Below, piece by piece: positions 1-9,017 of a DNA stretch of 33,463 nucleotides. The notes under the pieces are model-generated. The model searched no databases, was not told where the DNA came from, and saw only the letters and a program-made list of their open reading frames with translations. The stretch is from a virus (taxonomy: Duplodnaviria > Caudoviricetes), in IMG/VR virus record IMGVR_UViG_3300017913_001944, positions 1 through 33,463 of that record. One strand, 5' to 3'. Every line of letters starts with the position of its first letter. The stretch's first letter is position 1. Position numbers and translations under genes: made by a program.

Positions 1-2
1 TG

Positions 3-644
3 CCTGATGGTGATGTTACTAGAGCATATAGTATTGCAAATAGTCCTGAAGATGATCATCTAGAGTTCTTCAGTATTAAAGTACAGGATGGTCCACTAAC
101 AAGTAAATTACAGCATATCGAAGTCGGTGACACTGTGGAAGTAAGTCATCGTGCAATCGGCACACTATTACTTCGTAATTTAGACCCAGAGCCATGCATT
201 GAAGGCAAAGGACGCCTTTGGCTGATAAGTACTGGTACAGGTCTTGCACCATTCTTAAGTTTAGCAAGACATCCGGAGGTATACGAATATTATGACCAAG
301 TTTTTGTTACTCACACTTGCCGTACTAATGATGAGCTCGTGTTCCGTGAAGAACTGGAAGCCCACGGATGCACAGTGTATCAAAGCGTCACTAGAGAAGA
401 ACCTAAAGACGGCGTCTTTGCCGGTAGGATCACAGACAACATACGTAGCGGTGACCTGTTTCGCCAGTTGGGAATGATTACAAATAATTTTGACATTAAT
501 CGTGATAGAATTATGATTTGTGGTGGCCCTAGCTTTAACAACGAAATTCGTGACATGTTGGAAGCTCAGGGCTGGATGCACGGTACAATGCGTGAACCAG
601 GACATTTTGTTCAGGAAAGAGCATTTGTGGAAACTATTGAATAA
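3..644 (+). CDS. fpr: Ferredoxin/flavodoxin-NADP+ reductase, 5'-truncated by the window edge
   Basis: Frame is open from the window start (PDGDVTRAYSIANSPEDDHLEFFSIKVQDGPLTSKLQ). FAD motif RAYSI, NADP motifs STGTGLAPF and MICGG, C-terminal ERAFV. Confidence 0.92.
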   Translation, partial: PDGDVTRAYSIANSPEDDHLEFFSIKVQDGPLTSKLQHIEVGDTVEVSHRAIGTLLLRNLDPEPCIEGKGRLWLISTGTGLAPFLSLARHPEVYEYYDQVFVTHTCRTNDELVFREELEAHGCTVYQSVTREEPKDGVFAGRITDNIRSGDLFRQLGMITNNFDINRDRIMICGGPSFNNEIRDMLEAQGWMHGTMREPGHFVQERAFVETIE

Positions 645-1642
645 TGTACGAACAAGTTAGAGAAATAGAGTTTGAACTATCCACTGCATGCAATGCATGG
701 TGCCCAGGATGTTCAAGATATCATGCAACCCAAAAAGGATTGATGCTAAGTCCTTGGGTAAACTTTAATCAAGAAATTGACCTAAAGGTAATTGAAAATA
801 TACTGGCTGAAGACATTTTATCCAAAGATGCCCAACTACAGTTTTGTGGTACTGCTGGTGACCCACTGGCTCATACTAAATTTTTAGAAATAGTTGAATT
901 AATAAAACAGCGAGAACCAAACGCAAGATTAGATGTAAGCACAAACGGTGGACTAAAGCATCCAGAGTATTACAGAAAAGTCTCGGAGAAGATGAGCAGA
1001 GAAGACTTGTTTAAATTTAATGTGGATGGATTAGCAGACACAAATCACTTGTATAGAAGAAAAGTGTCGTGGGAAAAGATTGTAGAAAATGCGAAAGCAT
1101 TTAATGAATCAAAAAATTGTATGAGCCAATGGCAATTTATTATATTTCCCTGGAATGAGCATCAGGTAGAAGAAGCAGAACAGCTTGCATATGATTTGGG
1201 TTTTGATAGTTTTGTAAAAAGACAAGGCAGAGCAAGCGAAGATATTTTAATGTATCAAATGGCGGCGGCTGACAGAGGATTAATTAATGAATTTTCCAAT
1301 AGCAATCCAGAAACAAGAACTACTCCAAGACCTAAAAATGGATTTAAAGATGTATGTTTTTCGTTAGATGCAATTTTCGTCACTGAAGACGGCTTTGTTC
1401 ATCCATGCTGTGGTTGGGCAAGTGCAACAAGCAGTGAAGGTATTCCAACAGATCAAATAAAAGAGTTTTACGGAAAATCAGACTGGAATAACTTAAACAA
1501 ATATTCATTAAAATCTATAATGCAAAATGAATTTTGGCAACGGTTGTGGGATAGTTTATATGCTGGTGGTAATTCATGTAGTGAATGCAATTGGCGTTGC
1601 GGTGTACATGACGAAAAACCACATTGGGATAATATCTTATAA
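644..1642 (+). CDS. Radical SAM protein with C-terminal SPASM/twitch-like Cys-rich domain
   Basis: CNAWCPGC (CxxxCxxC), GTAGDP, STNGG; C-terminal C...PCC...CxxC. TAATG-coupled to fpr. Confidence 0.88.
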   Translation: MYEQVREIEFELSTACNAWCPGCSRYHATQKGLMLSPWVNFNQEIDLKVIENILAEDILSKDAQLQFCGTAGDPLAHTKFLEIVELIKQREPNARLDVSTNGGLKHPEYYRKVSEKMSREDLFKFNVDGLADTNHLYRRKVSWEKIVENAKAFNESKNCMSQWQFIIFPWNEHQVEEAEQLAYDLGFDSFVKRQGRASEDILMYQMAAADRGLINEFSNSNPETRTTPRPKNGFKDVCFSLDAIFVTEDGFVHPCCGWASATSSEGIPTDQIKEFYGKSDWNNLNKYSLKSIMQNEFWQRLWDSLYAGGNSCSECNWRCGVHDEKPHWDNIL

Positions 1643-1645
1643 ATA
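1638..1645 (+). promoter_or_regulatory. T4-type late promoter TATAAATA
   Basis: Exact consensus overlapping the radical SAM stop codon. Confidence 0.7.
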
Positions 1646-1650
1646 TCTAT

Positions 1651-1726
1651 GCGGGAGTTCAGATAATGGCCTACGTGTAATTTAAACTACGTTTTGGAAA
1701 AGAGCCAGCGGACTACTGATGCCCGT
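1651..1726 (+). ncRNA. Putative structured RNA / 5' leader, family unknown
   Basis: GC-richer intergenic stretch with nested pairings GCGGG/CCCGT, TCAG/CTGA, TGGC/GCCA, ACGT/ACGT. Starts 5 nt after TAAATA. Confidence 0.4.
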
Positions 1727-1744
1727 TAAAAAATGGAGTAGAAA

Positions 1745-1990
1745 ATGAGTTTAATTACCCCTGATGAGTCGTCACGTCTTATTATTGATATAACTGATAT
1801 CTACGAACAGCGTGATAGAAAAAAGCAAGAGCTGGAATTTTACAACCAAGAACTGCAAAAATTAATGGCAAGAATGGGAATGTTACAGCACGAAATAGGC
1901 GTTACAGAAACTATTATCAAACTGATAGAAAATGAACAAGTATTAGATCTACAAGAAGCGATCAAAGAAAAGAGAAAATTAAACAAATGA
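1745..1990 (+). CDS. Hypothetical coiled-coil protein
   Basis: GGAG Shine-Dalgarno (SD) upstream; heptad-like charged helix. Confidence 0.75.
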   Translation: MSLITPDESSRLIIDITDIYEQRDRKKQELEFYNQELQKLMARMGMLQHEIGVTETIIKLIENEQVLDLQEAIKEKRKLNK

Positions 1991-2367
1991 GCGATCCACG
2001 ATTAGACGAGAATGGCGTATGGAAGATGTCCAAGCCAGTAAAAATTTATGTATTTAAAGATGAGGATAGTGTTAAGCTAAGTTTTAGAATAACTGACTAT
2101 GCTAACTTTTCAAAATGGATGACAATTGATCAATTCAAACATATTGCAGAAAATTGGGACAAGGGAGAGGGAGTACAAGGACTGGAAACTAAAAACGGAA
2201 AATATTTTTGGTATTACAGCGACAGCGGCCCTCGTCCCGAAAGAGTACCAGCAAGTTTTGTGGTGTGCAATATACAAGGATGGAGTTTGCGTTGGAGCAA
2301 ACAAGAGCAAATTGATTTGGTTAATGAGTTTTATCATCAGTTAGAAAACAAAAATCACTGGGATTAG
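1987..2367 (+). CDS. Hypothetical protein
   Basis: ATGA overlap with the previous gene; 126 aa. Confidence 0.7.
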   Translation: MSDPRLDENGVWKMSKPVKIYVFKDEDSVKLSFRITDYANFSKWMTIDQFKHIAENWDKGEGVQGLETKNGKYFWYYSDSGPRPERVPASFVVCNIQGWSLRWSKQEQIDLVNEFYHQLENKNHWD

Positions 2368-2369
2368 CA

Positions 2370-2375
2370 TAAATA
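2370..2375 (+). promoter_or_regulatory. Late promoter core TAAATA, 5 nt before ATG
   Basis: CA-TAAATA-TATGC-ATG; no SD. Confidence 0.6.
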
Positions 2376-2380
2376 TATGC

Positions 2381-2878
2381 ATGCTAGCCAAGATGAAAAA
2401 ACTTAATATAACAGATACTTTGCTGTTCGCACTTGTAGTGTTAATGGTGATTTTCATCTGTTCTATATTTTTGTCTTTTTTAAAGCTACAGAGCGCACAT
2501 CCTCTTGAAAACTTCAAAGGAAAACTTCAAGCAGTTGATTTATCACACGGCAGACACGCAACAGCAGTAGGCACATACGACAGAACAGTAGCATGTAGTT
2601 TGATAGACTTCCAACTTACTTTAAAAAATACACACAACAAAGATATGTATGTATTAACAAAAGATCATTTGATCAAAGCCCCGCCAGCTTTCCTAGATCC
2701 AGGAAAAGACATTCCACTTACATTTACAGTTAAGTTGCCATCAACTATAACAACAGGACAATATGTTCCATCATTCCACGGTGATTACATTTGCAAAAAC
2801 GGAATTTTCCAACAATACAAGCATCAATCAGTTATAGTACCAGCATTTTGGGTACACAACACTGATCAAAAAAATTAA
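2381..2878 (+). CDS. Hypothetical membrane-anchored protein
   Basis: N-terminal hydrophobic helix followed by a beta-rich domain with a Cys pair. Confidence 0.7.
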   Translation: MLAKMKKLNITDTLLFALVVLMVIFICSIFLSFLKLQSAHPLENFKGKLQAVDLSHGRHATAVGTYDRTVACSLIDFQLTLKNTHNKDMYVLTKDHLIKAPPAFLDPGKDIPLTFTVKLPSTITTGQYVPSFHGDYICKNGIFQQYKHQSVIVPAFWVHNTDQKN

Positions 2879-2927
2879 AAAAATTATAACCCATTGATTT
2901 CTAACAAAACAAAGTAAGACGTTTTGC

Positions 2928-2956
2928 TTGACATTCGGCTCAAGATATACTATATT
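2928..2956 (+). promoter_or_regulatory. Sigma70-type (early) promoter
   Basis: TTGACA-17 nt-TATATT with an A-rich upstream region; AAGGAG SD before 2988. Confidence 0.75.
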
Positions 2957-2987
2957 ATTAGTATAGTTAGAAACAAGGAGTTAGCAA

Positions 2988-3413
2988 ATGGCTTTCATGA
3001 ATCAACAGCGTAAAAAAGAACTTGCACCAGGTATCAAAGCAGTTTTGAAAAAGTATGGTTACAAAGGCTCAATTGCAGTGTATAATCACAGCACATTAGT
3101 TGTAAACATCAAAGAAGGTGTTGCTGACTTCATTGGCATGGCAAATGAAAAGAATCGTGAGATTGCAGAACGCCGCAATCATCCTTATTATCCAAGTGAA
3201 GGATACGTTCAAGTTAACACTTACTATCCTGAGCATTACGGCGAAGCGCAAGAGTTTTTGGAAGAACTTATTGCTGCAATGAAAGGCACTGGTTGGTATA
3301 ACAACACAGACGCACAGATTGACTACTTTGATATTGCTTACTACTTGGACATCAATGTTGGCCAGTGGAATAAGCCTTATGTGTGTACAGCAACACAGTT
3401 GGAGGCAGCGTAA
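2988..3413 (+). CDS. Hypothetical phage protein (probably early)
   Basis: Strong SD, first gene after a sigma70 promoter; ...DAQIDYFDIAYYLDINVGQWNKPY resembles a recurrent phage family. Confidence 0.8.
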   Translation: MAFMNQQRKKELAPGIKAVLKKYGYKGSIAVYNHSTLVVNIKEGVADFIGMANEKNREIAERRNHPYYPSEGYVQVNTYYPEHYGEAQEFLEELIAAMKGTGWYNNTDAQIDYFDIAYYLDINVGQWNKPYVCTATQLEAA

Positions 3414-3415
3414 CA

Positions 3416-3580
3416 ATGTATGTCGTAAAAATCAAAGATGGTCAAACAGTAGCTATCTGCTCTCGCAAAGAAGATGCAGAAGCATATCTAGCAGGTCAAG
3501 AAATTGACAAAACAATCTATGTAATTGAAGAAGTTTTGAAGAATGAAGTATGCAGTAAAAATAATGCTGACAGCGGATGA
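3416..3580 (+). CDS. Small hypothetical protein
   Basis: GGAGG SD; start refined to ATG 3416 (MYVVKIKDG). Confidence 0.6.
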   Translation: MYVVKIKDGQTVAICSRKEDAEAYLAGQEIDKTIYVIEEVLKNEVCSKNNADSG

Positions 3581-3734
3581 TTGGATTTATGTTACCAAAG
3601 ATACTGGTGGCAACTGTTGGGACTTAGTACCCGAGACATTCAATACTCGCAAAAAAGCAGAAGAATTTGCTAAAATTTGGCGCAAAAAACGTGGAACCCA
3701 AAGTTTTGTGGAAGTAGTAGAATATGATGGATGA
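3543..3734 (+). CDS. Small hypothetical protein
   Basis: Tightly packed in the run of small early genes. Confidence 0.6.
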   Translation: MKYAVKIMLTADDWIYVTKDTGGNCWDLVPETFNTRKKAEEFAKIWRKKRGTQSFVEVVEYDG

Positions 3735-4002
3735 ACGTGCAGCCAATATATTTGCCAAAAACATCAACATGATGGTGCCCTGGTATTTGATGGCTGCATA
3801 TGCATACTACCGAGAAGATAATCCAATATTGTCAGACAGTTTTTTTGATGAGATGGCAAAAACAATGCTTGAAGTATGGGATGATATCGAACACTTTCAC
3901 AAGCATCTAATCAACAAGGATGATTTAGCCGCTGGTACATATCTTGGAGAATATCCACTGCGTGTACAAGGCGGACTAGAAAATCTAAGAAAAGATAAGT
4001 AA
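3724..4002 (+). CDS. Stand-alone protein resembling subdomain Ia of NAD+-dependent DNA ligase
   Basis: YLMAAYAYYREDNPILSDSFFD matches the LigA Ia pattern YY..D.P.ISD..(Y/F)D. Confidence 0.65.
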   Translation: MMDERAANIFAKNINMMVPWYLMAAYAYYREDNPILSDSFFDEMAKTMLEVWDDIEHFHKHLINKDDLAAGTYLGEYPLRVQGGLENLRKDK

Positions 4003-4022
4003 TAATAGCACAAGGAAAGAAA

Positions 4023-4220
4023 ATGTTTACAGTTACCTTTTATGTTATCGCAGGACTTTTTGTCGCAGCATGTGCATTTTTTAGTTACCGTAGTGGGCAA
4101 GCTGATGGAATGACTCAGGGCATGGATTCAACTCTAGTATTGTTGGAAACAGCTGGAATTATCAAGCTTCAGGAAGATGCAAACGGTGACTTGCAAATTT
4201 TAGCAGTGGAAAATGACTAA
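4023..4220 (+). CDS. Small membrane-anchored hypothetical protein
   Basis: AAGGA SD; N-terminal transmembrane (TM) helix. Confidence 0.7.
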   Translation: MFTVTFYVIAGLFVAACAFFSYRSGQADGMTQGMDSTLVLLETAGIIKLQEDANGDLQILAVEND

Positions 4221-5061
4221 ATTATATAACTTAAACCAATTAAAAGATATGCAATCCACAGGCGAGTGGCCTCTGGATCATAGTGAATTATTAGCTACAA
4301 AATACAAAGATAGATATCAGGTTATTGATAGCCTGTTTAAAAAATTAAATCCCGAACTGTTTTTTAAAATTAGTACAGTTGAGGGTGACGATGAACCAGT
4401 GATTGAAGACTGGGCTGATCCAAATATTCCAGATAAAAGTTATGCATTAAAACATCAGGGTCCTCTGGTAGGTTATGATATCGATACTATGACTGGCCCG
4501 ATTGACTGGTATGACGAAGAAGCCGGTGTAGGCGATAGAGTTGAAAGACGTAAACTTTATATCTATGATTGGACAGGTGAGAAACTAGCACATGATTTTC
4601 CAGAGTTGGAATACTTTATTGAAATGCATGCTGACTTCAAACCAGTACTAGAGCACTATGCAAACACCTGTTATACTGATCAACAGGATGACTGGGAAAA
4701 AGTTCTTTACAAATTGATGATTATTCAGTATAATGTGCCTGTAGCAGATGATACCAATCGTGTAGAACATCGCAAACACAACACTGAACGCTTTGGTGCT
4801 GAACATTGTGACGAAACACTAGGCGGTTTACATTTGGGTGAAAACTTTGTTGAGTTTCATGCAAAAAACACTTCAACAGGAGAATGGGAAACATTTGAAA
4901 ATCTAGTAAATGACGGTACACTGTGGATGTTTGGTGAACATGCTGAACGTAGCGGTTGGATACCAACCTATCATGGTATGACACACAACGATGATCCAAG
5001 TCATGATGTTAGATACTCAATTATTTTTGATTTACAAGCTCGTTACAAAGGAGAAGAGTAA
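4213..5061 (+). CDS. 2OG-Fe(II) oxygenase-like protein
   Basis: HxD (EHCDE), distal His (PTYHGM) and RxS (RYSIIF), as in IPNS-like oxygenases. Confidence 0.65.
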   Translation: MTKLYNLNQLKDMQSTGEWPLDHSELLATKYKDRYQVIDSLFKKLNPELFFKISTVEGDDEPVIEDWADPNIPDKSYALKHQGPLVGYDIDTMTGPIDWYDEEAGVGDRVERRKLYIYDWTGEKLAHDFPELEYFIEMHADFKPVLEHYANTCYTDQQDDWEKVLYKLMIIQYNVPVADDTNRVEHRKHNTERFGAEHCDETLGGLHLGENFVEFHAKNTSTGEWETFENLVNDGTLWMFGEHAERSGWIPTYHGMTHNDDPSHDVRYSIIFDLQARYKGEE

Positions 5062-5168
5062 TGTGGGAAATCATTATCTATAATATCATTTTTTGGTCGT
5101 TTTTAGTTGCTGTAGCAAAACTTTTTGAACGATCATTCGAATACACAATCAATAATTACAAGGATTAA
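5061..5168 (+). CDS. 35-aa membrane peptide (not in ORF track)
   Basis: AAGGAG SD, TAATG coupling; MWEIIIYNIIFWSFLVAVAKLFERSFEYTINNYKD fills the gap before clpP. Confidence 0.6.
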   Translation: MWEIIIYNIIFWSFLVAVAKLFERSFEYTINNYKD

Positions 5169-5171
5169 ACA

Positions 5172-5792
5172 ATGGCATTAGTACCAGTAGTGGTAGAACA
5201 AACTGGACGTGGAGAACGTTCATACGACATTTATAGTCGTCTACTAAAAGACCGAATCGTTATGCTTACAGGTGAAGTTAACGATATGACAGCAAACCTA
5301 GTGGTTGCACAAATGTTGTTTTGTGAATCACAAAATAGCGAAGAACCCATTAACTTTTATATTAACAGTCCGGGCGGTAGTGTTACTGCTGGACTTTCAA
5401 TCTATGATACAATGCAATTTATTAATGCACCAGTATCAACAATTGTGATGGGGCAAGCATGCAGTATGGGTAGTTTCCTAGCAATGGCAGGGGAACCTGG
5501 ACAGAGATTTGTATTACCAAACAGCCGCACAATGATCCACCGTGTGAGTAGTGGTACACCAGGAACACGTGGTAGTGTTCATGTACAAGAGCTGGAATTT
5601 GAAGATGCTCGCCGACACTTTGAAGAATCAAAGCATCTGAATGAACGTCTAACTGAACTATATGTGGAACATAATACAGCAGGCAAAACATTTGAAGAAT
5701 TGTTTGAAACAATGAAGTTCGATACATTCCTAAATGCTGAACAAGCGGTTGAGAACGGATTTGCAGACAAGGTCGTCAGTAAAAAATCATAA
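5172..5792 (+). CDS. clpP: ATP-dependent Clp protease proteolytic subunit
   Basis: [24 protein letters not shown]; catalytic Ser (ACSMG), His (MIHR) and Asp (FDTF). Confidence 0.97.
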   Translation: MALVPVVVEQTGRGERSYDIYSRLLKDRIVMLTGEVNDMTANLVVAQMLFCESQNSEEPINFYINSPGGSVTAGLSIYDTMQFINAPVSTIVMGQACSMGSFLAMAGEPGQRFVLPNSRTMIHRVSSGTPGTRGSVHVQELEFEDARRHFEESKHLNERLTELYVEHNTAGKTFEELFETMKFDTFLNAEQAVENGFADKVVSKKS

Positions 5793-5795
5793 ATA
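5790..5795 (+). promoter_or_regulatory. Late promoter core TAAATA, 5 nt before ATG
   Basis: CA-TAAATA-TATGT-ATG; no SD. Confidence 0.6.
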
Positions 5796-5800
5796 TATGT

Positions 5801-6487
5801 ATGAAGATACATGATATTATTGAACAACAAATAGACGAGGGTCCAAACGACCCTCACATTTTTAAAGCAGTATTCATGGCCGGTGGCCCTGGTAGCGGAA
5901 AGTCCTATGCGGCTGGTAGGTTACTGGGAGGCACCGGTTTAAAGTCTGTGAACAGTGATGAAATCTACGAATATCTAGCACGAAAGCATGAACTAGACTT
6001 GGGTAATCCTGAAGTTGTTGGAAGTGACAAAGGTCAGGAGATACGAAACAAAGCAAAAGACTTGACTAAAGCACGTAAGGGACATTTTTTGGATGGCCGT
6101 CTTGGTATATTGCTTGATGGTACTGGTAAAGATGTTGGAAAAGTAGCAAAAGACAAACAGGCTCTTGAACAACTGGGATACGAATGCATTATGATCATGG
6201 TTAACACTGATCTAGATGTTACCAAGAAACGTAATGCTCAACGTGCAAGAACAGTGCCAGAAGATATGCTGGTGAAAATGTGGAACGTAGTACAATCTAA
6301 TATCGGTAAATTCCAGCGTTTATTCGGATCAGCAAACTTTCATATCATAGATAATACATACGGATTAGACCATCCAGATGTAAAAGATGATGCACTGGAA
6401 GTACAACGTGCAATTGATAATTTTTTGAGAACACCACCTAAAATGCCAGCAGCCAAACAATGGCTCGATCAGCAAAAAGCATCATAG
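5801..6487 (+). CDS. P-loop kinase (zeta toxin / AAA_33-like)
   Basis: Walker A GGPGSGKS, NSD, LLDGTG, RNAQRAR lid. Confidence 0.8.
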   Translation: MKIHDIIEQQIDEGPNDPHIFKAVFMAGGPGSGKSYAAGRLLGGTGLKSVNSDEIYEYLARKHELDLGNPEVVGSDKGQEIRNKAKDLTKARKGHFLDGRLGILLDGTGKDVGKVAKDKQALEQLGYECIMIMVNTDLDVTKKRNAQRARTVPEDMLVKMWNVVQSNIGKFQRLFGSANFHIIDNTYGLDHPDVKDDALEVQRAIDNFLRTPPKMPAAKQWLDQQKAS

Positions 6488-6574
6488 AATATACATAGAT
6501 ATTATGAATACATATAGAATAAATACAATATCAGAATGGCTCTTTATGAGTTAATAACAAAAAAGAAGAAACGC

Positions 6575-6925
6575 ATGTACACTTATAAAGCAAAATTAAT
6601 TAGAGTGATTGACGGTGATACTATTGATGCAGAAATTGATCTAGGTTTTGGTGTATTCATGCGCCAACGAGTTCGATTATACGGCATCAACACACCAGAG
6701 AGTAGAACAAAAGATCTACAAGAAAAAGAACTTGGTTTAGCAGCAAAGGCAAGATTGAGTGAAATAATTGGAAAAGAGTTTATAATTGAAACTATTTTAA
6801 ACAAACGAGGGAAGTTTGGTCGTGTACTGGGTACAATCCATGCATTTCATCCTGATTCAGAAGAGACGTTTAATGTCAACGATCTTCTAGTAGAAGAAGG
6901 GTACGCAAAACCTTACATGGTCTAA
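6575..6925 (+). CDS. Thermonuclease (staphylococcal nuclease family)
   Basis: VIDGDT, RLYGINTPE, GKFGRVL. Alternative start at 6536. Confidence 0.9.
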   Translation: MYTYKAKLIRVIDGDTIDAEIDLGFGVFMRQRVRLYGINTPESRTKDLQEKELGLAAKARLSEIIGKEFIIETILNKRGKFGRVLGTIHAFHPDSEETFNVNDLLVEEGYAKPYMV

Positions 6926-6936
6926 CGGAATAAAGT

Positions 6937-8586
6937 ATGAGATTTTTTGGTTATTGGACAGTTTTAGTAGCATTATCTATCAGCGCAGTAGCAGCATACT
7001 ATAGTATTGTGGGCTTGGTGGCTATTTTTGCTGCGGCTGCTATTCCTATCATTATTATGGGTAGTGTATTGGAAGTAGGCAAACTGACAAGTGCAGTTTG
7101 GTTGCATTTGTTTTGGAAACAAGCCCCGTTTTTAATCAAAACATACCTAACCATTGCAGTAGTTTTGTTGATGTTTATTACATCAATGGGTATTTTTGGT
7201 TTCCTATCAAAAGCACACATTGAACAAAATGCAGTAGCAGTTGAGGGACAGGCACAACTAGAACGTATTGAATCTGACATCAGACGTGGTGAAGAACTAA
7301 TCGCACGTGCTGAAGTAAAAATTGAAAAACTAGATAGACAAGATGAAAATGCAGACGCTGGACTGCAAGAAAAGATTGATACAGAAACAGCACGTATTGC
7401 AACAGTGTATGAAAGATTGGATGCAGCGACAACACAAATTGATAAAAACCTAGCAGACAGTTTGGTTCCTTATCAAGCAACAGTCGATCAAGCTGATGTT
7501 CAACTATCACAGATTGCACAATATGTTGCTGATAATAATATTCGTGCATTACAGGGTTTAATTGGTGCAAAGCAAGACGGACGTTATGGCCCTAAAACAG
7601 CAGCCAGAGTGGAAGAGTTTAGATCCAAAGTAGAGGGTGATAGACAAACAGCATTGGAACAAATACAACAGTTACGCAATACAGCACGTGAAGAACGTCA
7701 GGCATTGCGTGAAGTTGCAGAACAAACAGTACAGCAGAGTAATAACCTAATCAATCGTTTACGTGATCAGATTGGCACAGTAACAGACTCTGATGTAGAG
7801 CTTGACATTCAAGAACAACGTACTATAATTAAAAACACAGAAGATGAACTAGACCTATTGTTTGAAAGAAAGTATGAAATTGAAGCAGTTGCAAGACAGC
7901 TTGAAGCAGAAGTAGGACCAGTTAAATACATCGCTGAGTTAATTTACGGCGACACCGCCGATAAGAACGCATTAGAAGAAGCAGTTCGTTGGGTTATTAT
8001 CATACTTGTTGTGGTATTTGATCCACTAGCCGTTGTATTAGTTATCAGCGGCATCACATTAATTGAAAAAACAGGCAGAACTAAAAATGAAAAAACTAAA
8101 CAAACAACAGCACCTAAAAAAGATGCAAAAATTGAGACGCAAGATGTTGAAAGCATGGGCGACCAAGAAAGCGGAGAAAGCCACCAAGCTGAGACAGAAA
8201 ATTATCAACAAGACACTCAAGTACAACAGCCAGAAAGACCAATAATACATTCGGACGAACAAGGCAGAGAGTACACAATAGACGCCTCAGGTAAAAGAAA
8301 CTATCTTATCAATGAGGATCAAGAAAAATTAAACGAACAGTCAGACAACGAAAAAAAGAAGCGAGCCCAAACAAGACAAGCTATTGATGCAGTGGTAGTT
8401 AAAATGAAAGAACAAGGACGTTGGCCAAACGGTACAGTGCCAACAGAACGTGTTGCAATCAGAGAAATACTAGATGCAGACAATACTGGAGAATTGGAAA
8501 CATTGTTGGAAAAAGCAGACGATGAAACAAGACGCGAAGTTTGGAACGCAATAATTAATGACGTATATCAAAACAGGTCAAAATGA
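6937..8586 (+). CDS. Multi-pass membrane protein with long coiled coil and a peptidoglycan-binding-like motif
   Basis: Three N-terminal TM helices, long coiled coil containing LQGLIGAKQDGRYGPKT, another TM helix (IIILVVVFDPLAVVL), charged tail. Confidence 0.75.
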   Translation: MRFFGYWTVLVALSISAVAAYYSIVGLVAIFAAAAIPIIIMGSVLEVGKLTSAVWLHLFWKQAPFLIKTYLTIAVVLLMFITSMGIFGFLSKAHIEQNAVAVEGQAQLERIESDIRRGEELIARAEVKIEKLDRQDENADAGLQEKIDTETARIATVYERLDAATTQIDKNLADSLVPYQATVDQADVQLSQIAQYVADNNIRALQGLIGAKQDGRYGPKTAARVEEFRSKVEGDRQTALEQIQQLRNTAREERQALREVAEQTVQQSNNLINRLRDQIGTVTDSDVELDIQEQRTIIKNTEDELDLLFERKYEIEAVARQLEAEVGPVKYIAELIYGDTADKNALEEAVRWVIIILVVVFDPLAVVLVISGITLIEKTGRTKNEKTKQTTAPKKDAKIETQDVESMGDQESGESHQAETENYQQDTQVQQPERPIIHSDEQGREYTIDASGKRNYLINEDQEKLNEQSDNEKKKRAQTRQAIDAVVVKMKEQGRWPNGTVPTERVAIREILDADNTGELETLLEKADDETRREVWNAIINDVYQNRSK

Positions 8587-9017
8587 AACACGACGACAGT
8601 AGTTACACAGTAACAAGTCCAGATTTAATGCTAACTGAAAGTGGTGTAAGTGTATTGTTATCAAGCACTGATGCTGAGCTAGTAGAAGAAACGAAACTAT
8701 TAATTGAACAATGGGTGCAAGTTGCATTAGTTTTTTATGTGCAGCCTACCCCAACCACTAAAGCATCATTGCCGTGGTTTTATCATGTTAGCCTAACAGC
8801 AGATTTATTAATTATAGATGTAGACACTTGTGCCTGGTCTGACATTTTAACAGCAACAATAAATCACAAAGGACTACTGGTATTTTACAGCCCAAAACGC
8901 AAGAAAACAGATGCTATCAAAGTACTTCATGCTTCAGCTAAATACCCAATAATATATTCAAGAGAAGATTTAAAAGACTTTTTAGCAGCGGAATTTAATG
9001 CCGATAGAGATTATTAA
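8583..9017 (+). CDS. Hypothetical protein
   Basis: ATGA overlap; alternating alpha/beta pattern; overlaps the clpX start. Confidence 0.7.
   Translation: MKHDDSSYTVTSPDLMLTESGVSVLLSSTDAELVEETKLLIEQWVQVALVFYVQPTPTTKASLPWFYHVSLTADLLIIDVDTCAWSDILTATINHKGLLVFYSPKRKKTDAIKVLHASAKYPIIYSREDLKDFLAAEFNADRDY

Noticed and set aside
1651-1726. Hammerhead ribozyme (CTGATG and GAAA present)
   Set aside because: The core needs CUGANGA; the sequence has CTGATGC and the stems do not fit the hammerhead topology.
6481-6530. Imperfect CATAGAATA-like repeats
   Set aside because: Short, AT-rich and degenerate; explained by low complexity around a TAAATA box.
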